Source: Lama guanicoe (lineage: Eukaryota). From it: DNA of 64,000 bases. Under the pieces are notes generated by a model. The model saw only the letters and a list, made by a program, of their open reading frames with translations. It was not told the origin of the DNA and did not search any database. Positions 20,786 to 33,301 of this stretch are shown piece after piece; position 1 is the stretch's first letter; every line of letters starts with the position of its first letter. The position numbers and the translations under genes are program-made. The DNA lies in contig MU054187.1 in NCBI GenBank assembly GCA_013239625.1, forward strand, positions 21,951,280-22,015,279, read 5' to 3'.

Positions 20786-22737
20786 ATTTAAGACTTCAGG
20801 TCTCAGGAGGGTTCAAAAATCGGTTTAGTTCCGTTGTTCATAATATAGCGGGATGATCTTCAGTTCTCTTAAATTACATTCTAACATGAGCCGAGGAAAA
20901 ATTAATATTTATTTGTTTGATCACTGTCCTTAGGGTCAGTCTATACAAAGCTTGAACGCAGAAGCACTTACAAAGGAAGAATGAATGGCAAAAGTTTTTA
21001 ATTTAAATTTTCATTCAACTCTACCCACGTGCTCAGATAATTGTTTGAATAAAACTTGAGACCTCTGGAGAAGATTTTTTACCTTCTTCCTGGCACCACA
21101 TCATTTCCTACTCCTCTGCCTCCCTGTGCCAATCTCTCTGAGCCCATGATTCTTAGGTATTTTTCAGGGAAAACCAATGTTTTGAACTATGATATGAGTT
21201 TCAGGTTTCAGCTTTAATCCTGACTTGGGTAGATGAACATAAGCAATGTGTCATACACAGTCTCACAGAATCTCAGTGCTGGGGACAGAGCAGATAATTT
21301 TTTCATTTTTATTTCTGAAAATAAGGTGAAAGAAAACTTACTGACTTCAAAATGTTCGTTTCAGCGGGAACAGAACAAGTGCTAACCTGACCCGGAGGGA
21401 GAATCAATTGTAATGAATGTGGAAAACAGTCTCAGAACAGAATGCATCTGAGTTACTCGAGGGTTAATTGACTTGAAAAGTCTTGAAGATGAAAACCCAT
21501 CCGATGGCCTTTAAAATATTAAGTCAGTGACTGAAAATGCTCTCTCTGTATTGTTATAGTTCATGTAACCGGCAGAGGGGTCTCTCAGGGAGATTTACCA
21601 TCCTTTGAGAAGCAACTGAAAATTAACAAAGTTTTTTCATATGGGATGCAAAACTGTGCACAGCTCTTGCAGTGGTCACTGAAAGGTATTCAGCTCAGAA
21701 GGACCTACAAACTGCGTGAAAGAGAAAGCAAAAGAGGTTACACCCCCTTCCTCTGCATCGCGGTAATATTCAGTACAGATGCAAGAAAGCATGGGGGCTG
21801 GGCGGCAGCACATCACCTCAGTTCCTTTACAAGGTCTTTTAGGAAGAGCTGGGTAGGGTAAGAGGGCAATTTGGATCAAGAAGACATTGTTACAACCTGC
21901 TAAAAATTTACGGAATATTTTGTTCACTTTTAGCCACGTCTAAGACTCCTAGGTGACTTCCACGTCATGAGGAGTTCGTGTTAAAGGCAAATACGTTCAT
22001 GGAGAAAGGATTTGGGGTCCAAGGTGACAGTGACTCAGAAAAGTACGGGAGGGTTTTTAAGCGAGAGCAGAACAGAAAATGAAAGCTCTCGTTTGCCAAA
22101 TAGTGCCAAATACCAGGGGATCAAAAAGGGGCTCTGGACTGAGACAATTACACACAGTCTGCTGCTTTGTTTTTAATCAGGATTGAAACACAAACTAAGT
22201 TTTGTCTAGCATTTCATTAAACCCCTTAGAGAATTGTTCCTTGCGTTGTGTTTTTAATCACCCGAAAAAAAATCTAACAACCTTTCATTTTTTTTAAAGA
22301 GAATTTAAAAATACAGGCTTTTTTTCCACTTAATTCTGTAACACTGAAATACGTTTCTACTTTAAAATGTCCACTCACACATAAAGTCTGACCTTGGGGT
22401 ACTTTTCAGGAAGTCTGATTAAAATGTCATCTTAACAGGCATTTGAATGATAATATTTTCTTTTTAAGAAGAAACGGTCTTCAGTTAATCCTTGTTATTA
22501 TGAAGTGAGTGCATAAATTAATAGATCTTGATGCATTCATTGGATAAATCAGTTATCTTTGGCTTAAAGTGAATTTACATGTTGAGTGTGTTTTAAGTGC
22601 TACATATCTTGATAGTGATTTGCAAACTGTGTGTGTCAGATTTTGTGTTCCTTTGGAGGACAGAAATGTTTAATGAGTTTTTGAGTTGATTTCAAAGTAT
22701 TTGGGTACAAATACCTTAAGAAGAATACCATTAAGGA

Positions 22738-22855
22738 GGTGGGGGGTATAGCTCAGTGATAGAGTGCGTGCTTGGCATGCACGAAGTCCGGGATTTAATC
22801 CCCAGTACGTCCATTAAGGGGAAAAAAAAAAAAATATATATATATATATATATAG
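22738..22855 (+). mobile_element. tRNA-Ala-derived SINE with A/(TA)n tail
   Basis: gggtatagctcagtgatagag...ttaatccccagtacgtcca followed by poly-A and (AT)n. Confidence 0.85.
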
Positions 22856-23395
22856 GGGAAGGGGGAGAGAAGAAGAAGAAAACTATGAGCTTAGATGTTT
22901 CATTTTGGCCACAAGCTTTTCAATTTAGTATTTCCGGTGGGCCGACAGGCGTTCCCATCCAGGGTCCCGGAACCTTGGGACTTCCCACGTGATTACGATC
23001 TTTACTTTGCGCAGTAACAATCACATACGTTTGAAACAGTCCTTTAACCATTGGGGTGCGTATCAACTTTCTCCCTTGGAAAAGCTGGAGCAGCCCTTGC
23101 CATCCTTTGAGTGATCCAGCACTGTGTTTGTTTTGATCACATTCCAGGGGGAAGCAGCCACCTCGCCCAATTTACATCAGCACTTCCTATGACAGCCACT
23201 GGAGACTAAGCACAGGCAAAAATGTTGCTCTCTATGGAATTTGTTAAGCTCTTGTAGCTTTAAAAAAAAAAAAGACATTTTGACTCTTCCTTTCCATACC
23301 TTTTCCCTATGATTTAAAGTATTTTGAGTAAATAATGAAGTGTTGACAGCTGATCACCTGTAAGAACCCACTAAATAAAAGAAATTGTATCATGC

Positions 23396-23861
23396 TGTGT
23401 TAGGTTCCCAGGGCTGCCCCAGCAAAGTACCACAAACTAGGTGGCTTAAAACAACAGAAATTTGTTGACTCACAGTTCTGGAGACCTGGAGTCCGAAATC
23501 AAGGCATCAGCAGGGCTGGGCTCCCTCGAACACCTCTAAGGGAGACTCCTTTGCATCCTCCTCGCTTTGGGGGTTTGCCAGCAATCTTTAGTGTTCCCTG
23601 GCTTGCGGATGCATTGTTCCAGCCATCTATCTTCCCGTGCATTCTCCCTGTGTCTTTACATCATCCTTTCTATGTATCTATTTCTGTGTCCAAATTTCCC
23701 CTTTTTATAAGGACACCAGTCATATTTGACTAGGGCCCACCCTAATGACCTCATTTTAACTTGATTACCTGTTTAAAGATCCTATTTCCATATAAGACTA
23801 CCTTGCGAGGTTAGGGCTTCCACATGTCATTTTGGAAGGGGGCACAATTCAACCCCTAAGC
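23396..23861 (-). mobile_element. MaLR solo LTR (MLT1C-like)
   Basis: tgtgttaggttcccagggctgcc...gtggcttaaaacaacagaaatt...ggcacaattcaaccc. Confidence 0.85.
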
Positions 23862-23939
23862 CGCGCCATCTATATGTCTCACACACACACACACTTTCAC
23901 CCACATACTCACACACATTTACACACACACACATGACTT

Positions 23940-24312
23940 TTCTTCTTCAAAGACTTTGCTCACAATGTCCCACTGTCTAGAATGCCCCTCATCGGCTCCA
24001 TTCCACTGCCCCCTCTCACCTCCATCCAATTCCTCACACCCATCTTACCAGAACGAACCAATAGGTAACCACCCCAGGAAGCTTCTCCCTCCCTGCCCAG
24101 GCCCCTGGCTGGAATAGATGCCCCCGCCGCGTGCTCGCAGGGTGCCCTGCGCAGGCACGGCCACTCCACCGATCAGGCTGCTTTTATAGGTCACATCTTG
24201 GCCAGCTTCCTGAGGGCAGACAGCAGGTGCTTAATCGTTCCTAGCGCTCCACAGAGGACTGGGCACACAGCTCCCCTTAGAAAGGACAGACTGAAGAAAT
24301 GAATGAGTGAAG
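23940..24312 (+). mobile_element. L2 3' end fragment
   Basis: ctttgctcacaatgtcccactgtctagaatgccc...gcttcctgagggcag...ctgggcacacag...aatgaatgagtgaa. Confidence 0.6.
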
Positions 24313-25674
24313 AAATGAAGGAAGGAGATGGAAAATGGGGTGAAGCTGGAAACTGACCCCAGTCACCCAGCCACCTCATCTCACTTAGATCCCATTAAAT
24401 GGGTCAGAAATGCTTAGTCCTATTTTTAACGATATTTTTCAACCTGCTCAGTCAAGAGGCTCCGTGGATGAGCAGAGGCAGAGGGGTTGGAGCAGGGGAG
24501 GGGGGCAGGAGCTGTCATGAAAGAAGCGGTTTGGTCAGAAACTACACATGTTCCCCTTTCTGGTGACAGCACCGAGTCAGGTGAGAAGGCACCGAACCCA
24601 AAGTGACACAAGAAACTGAGGGCGACCTGGAGGGCTGCCCAGCAAACAGTGTCTTATGGGGAAACTTTCATCTCCATGTGTTTTAAAAGCGATCCAGTGA
24701 GAGCAAAAAAAATTAGATGGTGACGTTCGAAGCTGTGAAGTGCAGGCACTCCTCTGAACGGTGGGAAGAAAGCGCCTATAATCTTCAAACCAGCCCCCTC
24801 TCCACCGCTTGGCAAAGTGCTAAAGGCTTTTTGTTTTTCCTTTCTAAGGACTTTTACAAGTGGATTGATGTTTGACTAAAATCAGACTGTGGAACGTGCT
24901 GCCAGTTTTCACTGCCTACTCATTGTGGGGCTGTGGAGTGATTCTAACAAAAAAGACTCTGACTGTCTATTGAAAAGTAAGGTTACCAAAAACGTCATGG
25001 AAAATTGATAACACGTTAGAAAAAACCCTCCCTTAATGTGTTTTTCACCAAAGCAGAGACGATTGTCCCCCTGTCAGTCTAGTGAAGGAGAAACGGCTCT
25101 GAACCACTCACTCGGAAATCCGGACCTGAACCTGAAGTCTGCCTTTCGCTGGCCCGGGCCTTGAACAAGTTGTCATGAATGTCAGTTTCCAGATCAACAA
25201 AATGGTAAAATAATGCTCACCTCACAGGGTTATTATGAGAAGCAGAATAATTCACGTAAGAAAAGAAAAAATAAGCTGGTGTCTGAGACAGAGTAGTGTC
25301 TTCCTTATTCAGTGGAAATGAGTAACTCACCTGCTTTCATTGCTTAGAAAATTAGTGTTTACCAATACATTTCTCCTCTTATTTGGTCAATAATCTCATC
25401 CACAGTTTTAATCACTGATAAAATGAAATTTTATGTTCTTATTATGTATCTAATGGAATACTTTTTTAAAAATTTAAGTTGTTACTAATCCCCAGCCAAA
25501 GAGGCTGAGTGTGGTTGATGGGAAATCCATGAACTGGGGCAGAGAAACAACACAAGTCACCCAGGACAGTCAGTAGCAGTGTGACCGTGCAGCTGTGGCT
25601 TGACTTTCCCTGGTATTCCTTGAAAAGTAGGAGAGGAGGGGAACAGACAGCTAAGCAGTGTCCAATGCTCTTAA

Positions 25675-25975
25675 ATCAGTGACTCTCAGGTTGAAAAGAA
25701 CAAAAGCAACCCAACCGAACGCCAAGTGCAAACTCCTTGCCCCACCTTCAGTTCTGAAGAGTCAGTCTCTGGGGGTAAGGCCAGGATACGGGTGGCTTTA
25801 AAAAGTTCCCAGGCAGGGGGAAGGTGTAGCTCAGTGGTAGAGCACATGCCTAACAAGCACAGGGTCCTGCGTTCAATCCCCAGGACGTCCATTAAAAATA
25901 AATAAATAAACCTAATTACCACCCCCCCCCTCAAATAAGCTCCAGGTGGTTTGGCTGTCAGAGGTACTACTCTGA
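25675..25975. mobile_element. MER5A-like hAT element interrupted by a SINE
   Basis: ccccaccttcagttctga...ctgggggtaaggccagga...tttaaaaagttcccagg[SINE]tccaggtggttt. Confidence 0.5.
25816..25934 (+). mobile_element. tRNA-Ala-derived SINE
   Basis: gggggaaggtgtagctcagtggtagagc...gttcaatcccc...aaataaataaacctaattaccacccc. Confidence 0.9.
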
Positions 25976-26224
25976 GATTTAGTTAGCTTTTTCTGACATC
26001 ATTCATCATGATTCCAAAGCACAAGGTGTACCAGAAAATATTTGTCAAATATGTAAAATCCTACTTAGCACTAAAGGGTGAAGAATGTTCATCTGTTATG
26101 TAAGATGTCATTCTTTTCCTTTCATTAACAAAGTGATCTTCCTTTGAATCCTAATAGAACTTTAGTCATTTTTTTAAAGTTTTTTTTTTAATGTTGATGT
26201 GTTGCCTTCTTCATTCAAGAAATA

Positions 26225-26690
26225 CAGCAGTCTGAAAAGGCTACAAACTAAAATTCCAACCAAATGACATTCTGGAATAAGGCAAAGCTACAGAAACAAT
26301 AAAAAGATCGTGGTTTCCAGGGGTTTGGGGAGAGGGAGGGAGGGAGGAATGAATAGACGGAGCACAACGGATTTTTAGGGCAATGAAATTACTCTGTGTG
26401 ATACTATAGTGGTGGCTACATGTCATTATGCATTTGTCAAAGCCCATAGAATGTACAGCATCAAGAGTGAACCCTAATGTAAACTATGGACTTTGGTTGA
26501 TAATAACGTGTCCATGTTGGCTCATCAATTGTACTGAATATGCCACACTGATGAGGGATGCTGAGGGTAGGGGAGTATACATGTGTGGGTAGGGAGGGCG
26601 ATGTGCGAACTCTCTGTATTTTCTGCTCAATTCCACTGTGAACCTGCAACTGCTCTAAAAGAATAAAGTCTGTTAAAAAAAGAAAGAAAG
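26225..26690 (+). mobile_element. L1MC1-like 3' end
   Basis: ccaaatgacattctggaataaggcaaa...aagagtgaaccctaatgtaaactatggacttt...actgctctaaaagaataaagtc. Confidence 0.85.
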
Positions 26691-26701
26691 AAATACATCT
26701 G

Positions 26702-26862
26702 GGCGAGGGAGGGTATAGCTCAGCAGTAGAGTGTGTGCTTAGCACGCATGAGATCCTGTGTTCAATCCCCAGTACCTCCAGTAAAATAAATAAATAAACC
26801 TAGTTACCCCCCAAAATAAATAAAAATTTAAAAAACATTAAAAAGTTTTAAAAAAAGAGAAG
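26702..26862 (+). mobile_element. tRNA-Ala-derived SINE inserted at the L1 A-tail
   Basis: SINE body plus 14-bp TSD aagaaatacatctg (26688-26701) / aagaaatatatctg (26863-26876). Confidence 0.9.
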
Positions 26863-26929
26863 AAGAAATATATCTGTGAGTTGGTTTCCTCATTGAATAG
26901 GTTCCAAATCCCAGGCACTGCTGAAGCTC

Positions 26930-27340
26930 TTCTTCTGACCTTTGATCTGCACAACAACACTGCGAAGCAGGGACTATTGTTAGTCCTCAAGCCAACAGCT
27001 ACTGAGAGCTAAATGTTTTGCCCACAATCATGCAGCCAGTATCGGCACCAAGATTTAAACCCAGGTGGTCTGGTTTTTAAGTCTCCTCACTATTATTATC
27101 TTGTAAAGATTAATTGCACAATAGTTAACCATGAGCTTTGGAGCCAGGCTACCTGTATTTTCATTCCACACGTACAGTGTCACAGCAAAGGACCTGACTT
27201 TAGCACATTGTGCCTCAACTTCCTCCACTCTAAAATGGGGTTAATGTTGGTGCCCAAGTCCCACAGCTGTTATGAGAATTCATTGTGATAGCACCTGTAA
27301 ATTGTGACACAGTGAATGCCCAACACACAGTGACACCCAA
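26930..27340. mobile_element. Two adjacent MIRs in opposite orientation
   Basis: Antisense MIR (cacaacaacactgcgaagcagggactatt...gatttaaacccagg) followed by sense MIR (ctttggagccag...gtgcctcaacttcctccactctaaaatgggg). Confidence 0.6.
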
Positions 27341-29784
27341 CAGCTCCTGAATGGCATCTAAACTGAGGTTGTCTAAGAACGAGCCCCGTAAACGAAAGGG
27401 AGCACCTAGGTCTGTTCAATCCTATATGTTCTTGCGTTATTAATACCTTTTTGAAATGCTAAGGGCCTCCCTCACTAGAAACACACAAATAATCCAAACT
27501 CAGAAAAAACATTAAGTGACTAGTCTGCAGGCAGAGCTGAAATACACTCCTCTGCTATTGATTAGACGATTGACAGAGTGAAATAAGAATGAAAAACAAT
27601 TTCAGTTTTCCTATAGATTTTTCCTTTTATTTATTCCACTAGTCTTGCATTTTCCCCCTCTGAGGATATTTGTGGGAGAATTTTGCTATATTTATTGATT
27701 TAGAGGAATAGAACACGAGACGTTTTGTAGTCCTTAAACTCTCGAGAACAGCCTCAAGGATTCTCTTGCAATGTATTTTTCCCTCCCACCTCTTTTTTAC
27801 CCCAAGGTCTATCTATTTTATAATTATATCTAGTTCAAAGTTTAAATCTCAAACTCACTGCAAAGAGTATCTCTATTTTTAATATCTCTTGTAGAAAAAT
27901 TCTGGCCTGTATCTTCCTCATTTTGTTACAGCTTTTTAAAATTCCGTTTCCACTCTGACTGAGAGCAAACACTGTTCTACTCGCCTGGGCTGACCTGGAT
28001 TTAAAAAGAAGGGAAAACTGAACATTTCAATGACAACACTGAATATTGCTTAACTCTTACTGGCATCAAATGATGTAGCAGGCTTTATATATCAAGCAGA
28101 ATTAGGTAAAGCACTTATCCGGTGAATTTATTTCACCCGGACTGACAGTTTGGCAAACTAAAACCTGAGAAGTAGTCTATCAGTGATACTCACAGATAAA
28201 AAAATCTGTCGAGTAACTGAGGTTCTGTAAGTCTGAACTCTGTCATCTCTCATCTCAGGCAAGCTGGGCCCCCTACAAAATGAAGTTCTGGGAGACTATA
28301 TCTTTGGTGTCCCTTCTTCCCTCTGGCCTCCTTACTCCTCTATAGCTCATAATCTCATAAAATGGATCTTGTTTGTTCCTGCCAGTCCCCGTTTAAGTTA
28401 TCAGTGATTACTGCAAAACTGAGTGATAGCGGTGGGTGGGGAGGCAGCTATGGTACCTGCTGAGCGCAATTATTAGAAAACCAAACCTCTTCACGACTCT
28501 CAGCAATTATGCTGTAAAAACTGCAGCTTCATTGGTGATCGAACTGATGTTTTTGAGCAAGAATGCCTGCCCACCTTCCCACTCAAATTCCTACTCAAAC
28601 TTCCTTAGCTGGCTCATGAGCCTGCTTCTGGCTTTAGTTTTATTCAGGAAATAGGAAACTATCTTGAGAAAAAGTGGCTTATGAGATTATCTTAAAGATA
28701 AATATTTTCAAAAGAGACCATAGAGTTATTTAATATGTAAATGTGAATTGTTTGTTCAACAAATATTTATTGTGCAAAAATTGCAGAACAAACAAAACCC
28801 TCTATCTTTAAGAAACACACATTCTAGTAATAGGAGAAAGGTTTTTTTCTAGGCAAATGGTTGGGTGAGACAGCTCCTTGAAGAAAAGCTCCAAGAATCT
28901 TTTGAATTTTTACTTCTAGGTATCTTTCCTGGAGAAATAGACGTGTATAAATAAGCAGGTATGAATTGTCATTGCAGAATAATTTCTACAGTGAAAAATT
29001 AAAGACATTTAAGACTATCCCTTGACTAAGGAATAGTTATTTATAGTTGGTATGATTTTTGCAAGCCCGAACCTCAGCTATGACCACAAATTTGTAACGT
29101 TCTTCACTCTTCTCTAACTTAAGATCGTATGCTGTGTTCCCATTTAGTCTGATGGCCAAAAACGTAATCTGATCACTTCCGGGCAAACTTAATCAATCCA
29201 GGACTTTCTTCCTCTTTCTTTCCCCCTGGAATGCCAGGTAAGTTCCCAGGGACTAAGAGAGCTTCGGATTTGGGGTAGGGAAGCCATTGGTTGGTGTCTG
29301 CCAACTGGCATCTACTCAAGGATATGAGACCATTTTCAAGGCATGGACAACTGTCATACCTACTTCTGGGATTTGACCCTCCTCCTCCATCTCCCCCTCC
29401 CTCTACACCCCTCCCCCCAGCACACTAACCTTCCCTAGATGGCTGAAACCTATCTGCTTCTGGTTCAAGCATGTCTTGGCTTTCCTGTGGAGAAAGCCAT
29501 TCCCTCTTAACAACCAAGATGTCTCTTCATAAAATGTGGACTGTCTTGTACCCAACACTCGCTCCCTTAGCATATTTTCCCATCTTTGAGGAACGGGAGA
29601 AAATTCAGCCCTTCTCTCTCCCAGCTACAGGCAGCAGGAAGTCTGACGGGGCTGTCTCGGGGCCCCTCTCTTCTTGGAACTGCATTTATCATCCTTAGCC
29701 AACTGCTATTGCATTTGCTGTGATAGGGGAGGCAGCTGTGAGGGACCCACTGCCTCTTGGGGTCCCAGAGTTCTCGCTGCACTC

Positions 29785-29926
29785 AGATCAAGATCTTGTG
29801 GTAGCTCACGGTGAAGAGGAATATGAAAATGAATTTATGTATATTTATGTGCGACTGAAAAATTGTGCTATACACCAGAAATTGACACAACATTGTAAAC
29901 TGACTATAACTCAATTAAAAAAAAAT
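29785..29926 (+). mobile_element. 5'-truncated lineage L1 3' end followed by (CA)n
   Basis: gatcttgtggtagctcac...gaatatgaaaatgaat...acaccagaaattgacacaacattgtaaactgactataactcaatt(A)n. Confidence 0.85.
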
Positions 29927-29985
29927 TCACACACACTCACACACACACAACTCATCTGAAGGGCTACAGCTCTATTGTTCTTCCC

Positions 29986-30543
29986 TGAGGCAGACTGCAT
30001 TTTCAAAAGATAGCCACGGGCCTATCTCCCAACTCACAGGCCTTTCTTACCCTGAGACTTGGACATTCCTCTCCCTGAGAGGTCAGGGCGGGTCTGTGTC
30101 CTCTCCCCTGGAACCTGGGCAGGACTTTGTGACCACCTCCAGCAGTAGGGGATGGTGGGATCGATGCTCTGTGACCTCTGAGCTATGTCATAAAAGAGTC
30201 CTGCACGCCTGCCTCATCCTCTTGGGACACTTGCCTTTGGGGTTCTGAGCTGGCATGAAGGAGTCTGGGTGACCTGAGGCCACCACGCATAACAGAGACC
30301 ACAGAGGTGGCCCTAAGAATCCATGAAGTGGGACAGGTGCCAGGCCAGCACCAGCTGCCACCATGACTGTTCCACCCCAGCCACTGTCTGACTGCAAAAG
30401 GATGAGAAATTCCTGAGCCAGGATGAGCCGGCCAAACCTTGCTTGCGTTTCTGCCTTGCAGAAATTATGAAAGAGAATGAAATTTGGTTTTAAGCCACTG
30501 AAGTGTCATGGTCATTGGTTAGGAAGTAATAGATCATGGGAAC
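29986..30543 (+). mobile_element. MaLR solo LTR (MLT1H-like)
   Basis: tgaggcagactgcattttcaaaagatagccac...gtcataaaag...gttttaagccactgaagt...gtaatagat. Confidence 0.7.
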
Positions 30544-30599
30544 CTCCCTCTCTCCATCAATTTAATAGCACCTGGTCAAAGTGTTCTAGTCCCCAAGTC

Positions 30600-30645
30600 A
30601 CCAGCCCAAAATGTCAATAATACCAAGGTTGAGGAATCCTACTAT
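30600..30645. mobile_element. hAT (MER20-like) terminal fragment
   Basis: cagcccaaaatgtcaataataccaaggttgaggaatcct. Confidence 0.45.
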
Positions 30646-32149
30646 AAAGGAATAACAGAGAGTATTTAAAAGCATATAATGATGAGGGTGTTGTGAATTT
30701 AGATAAGGCCTCTCTGCTACCCAAGATGGAAGTTCACAGAGACGTAAATTACCCACAGAAGACAAAGGGCCTACTTGTTTGGCTTTTTTTGCTGGCCAGC
30801 ATCTACAGAAGTGGAGACTCAGGTACAGAAGACTCTGCCTTCCCTTCGCTAATGAGAGAGTCAAAGAGTGAGATGCTGTTTGGGGAACCCCAGCTGAGGA
30901 GTGAAAGCAGAGAATGGAACCAGATCCCCGCTCAGGAACATGATCCACCTTGTAGGGTAAGAACTGTGACGGTTGGTCAGTAATTCAAGTTTGTTGCTTC
31001 TTGATTTCTGTTGTCCCCAATTTTCTCAAGATTAAAAGCAAAACAAAACAGAGCAAAAAAAAAAAAAAAAAAAAAAAAACTCCCCATCCCCAAAACCCTG
31101 ACAAACCGAAAGGGCCCACGTAATTGTCACTGAAAGCAACGTGACCCAGGGGAGTTCCCCTCTACAGCCAGGGACAGCAAAGAGCTGCTGCTCTGTAAGG
31201 GTCGTGAGAGCTGACCAATGCCCGGAGTTTCTGGAAAAGGAGAAAGGCCTGGGAACTGACCCAGGGTTAACTACATAAAGATCCACCTAGGATTTGCCCG
31301 TGGTGAGCAGTGAGCCCTACTGGAATTATCAGCTCTGCCTATCAGTCCCAGTCTCTTTCTAGCTGGTTTGGTGAGACGGCAGTGGTTAATGATTAATGAG
31401 TTCACCAGTTCCCTTTTGCAGGATGTTTCTGGTACCTTTCTAGAATTTTCCTTCCGTACAGTAGGAGAAATGTTGAGGAATGGAGCCAGAAGAACTTTCC
31501 TAACAGGAGAATATGGTCTAAATCTATCCAGAAAGTAGGCCATCCCCAATCCAAACATGAAATGACAAGTGGTATGTTTGCATACAGTCAGAAATAAGGT
31601 CAGTGGATTTTGTAATTCTTGCCACGTTGGGACTAGGAAAACGCAGTCTTTCCCGCCTTTCTTTGTACATGTGATTTGGCACCTCTAAGACCCTCCATGC
31701 ATGGCCTCTAGACCTAAGGTTTTAATATCCCTGGAAAGAAGCTAACTTAGAATAAAATCAAATGGTTGATTCTTTTTCATTGTGATGGAAAAATTCTCTG
31801 CATGCATAAGCTATGTTGTAACAATTTTCCATGAAAACCATCTTGGGCTACATTTCAATTAAAAATGGTTACCAAAGGATTTTCTTTTTAATTTGACTTT
31901 TGAAAACGGATGGATCATGTAGGATTGGGTCTAATTACAGAAATAACATGTAAGAACTATAGGAAATTTGGGAAATTCCAAAAGCCACAAAGAACAAAAT
32001 AAAAATTCCTTCAATTTTATCCCAAGACAATAACCATTGTTAATATTTTAATTATACCTTATCTTTATCTTCAGTCTATGGATATATTAATATATCCATT
32101 TAACATACATTTTTAAATGAGATAAAATAGATATAAAGACTTCCTGTTC

Positions 32150-32283
32150 CACTATATTCAATACCTTGTAATAGCCTTTACTGTAAAAGAATATGAAAAT
32201 GAATATATGTATGTATATGCATGACTGGGACATTGTGCTGTGCACCAGAAACATTGTAACTGACTGTACTTTAGTTAAAAAAG
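32150..32283 (+). mobile_element. 5'-truncated lineage L1 3' end
   Basis: gaatatgaaaatgaatatatgtatgtatatgcatgactgggacattgtgctgtgcaccagaaa...(A)n. Confidence 0.8.
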
Positions 32284-32791
32284 AGAGAATTCATGTTCTA
32301 AAAATATATGAAGGATTTCATTTTCTGAAAGTTACAGGTTACCTTGACATAGTTCTTGTGTCTGAATAAATAAGTAAAGGAGCTTAAGAAATGACATAGA
32401 ACAAGTAGTGAAAGTTATCAGTCATGTAATTTCCAAGGTTCTACAATACAGCTAAAATCATTTTCTGTAGGATTAATTTTGAGCCCAGAGTTTTTAATAT
32501 TTAACAAATCTATAAATGGACTGTTACAGAAGTAGAGAATTCTGTCTCTTTTCCAGAGAGAATTATTTATTTATTAGCCCTGGCTTTGCCACTAAGCACC
32601 TCGAATTTATGGCAACAAATGAGTCACTTGGTAGAACCACCTACACATAATTCAATTATCTTTGTTTTCTGCTGAGAAAAAACAGTGAAAAATGTATTTG
32701 TGCTAATCTATAACCAATTACTTGAAATTTGTGTGAGTTTAGAAATACCAGTGAATGGAACGGCATTCTATCTCTTAATTATTTCATTTTC

Positions 32792-33301
32792 TGGCAGTGG
32801 GTGTCTCAGATGCATCTGGTGCCCAGACTCATCCTGGCTGCCAGCATCTCTCATTTCAGCTGTGACTGTTGTACCAGGTCTACAGGTTTATCCAGGCTTC
32901 AGCTCACAAGGGAGGGAGAAGCCCCAGACACAGAGCTCCTGTGTGTGTGCTGCCTGCCTTTACCTCCTGCCTTGGGGCTCGGCAGAGCCCAGGTGCTGGC
33001 AGGGTTTTGCAGGTTGGTACCTATGTACAGTCAACCTTCCTCAGGGCAGCTCTCAACCAATGGGGGGCAGAAACTGATGGAAAATCCTCTCTGTCTTCCA
33101 TCCATCAGGTAGCAATTCTAGGAGGTATCCGTTATGTTCTCTGGGGAGAACTGAACCCTGTCATCGCAGTGTCAAGATTCTTAACACACACTTCTATTGG
33201 CTCCTTCTGTGGCGCATACTTCTCCCCATCCCTGCTCCCTGGCTCACCTCCCAGATAAACTGCCTGCATGCAAGTCCTTTCAGGAAAACCCAACTAAGAT
33301 A
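32792..33301 (+). mobile_element. ERVL solo LTR (LTR16-like)
   Basis: gcagctctcaaccaatg...cacctcccagataaactgcctgcatgcaagtcctt...aacccaactaagata is typical of LTR16. Confidence 0.7.

Noticed and set aside
28118..28141. Imperfect palindrome tccggtgaa...ttcacccgga
   Set aside because: Short and imperfect, within chance expectation.
32685..33258. Three overlapping ORFs of about 130 aa
   Set aside because: They lie within an LTR16-like element and are non-coding.
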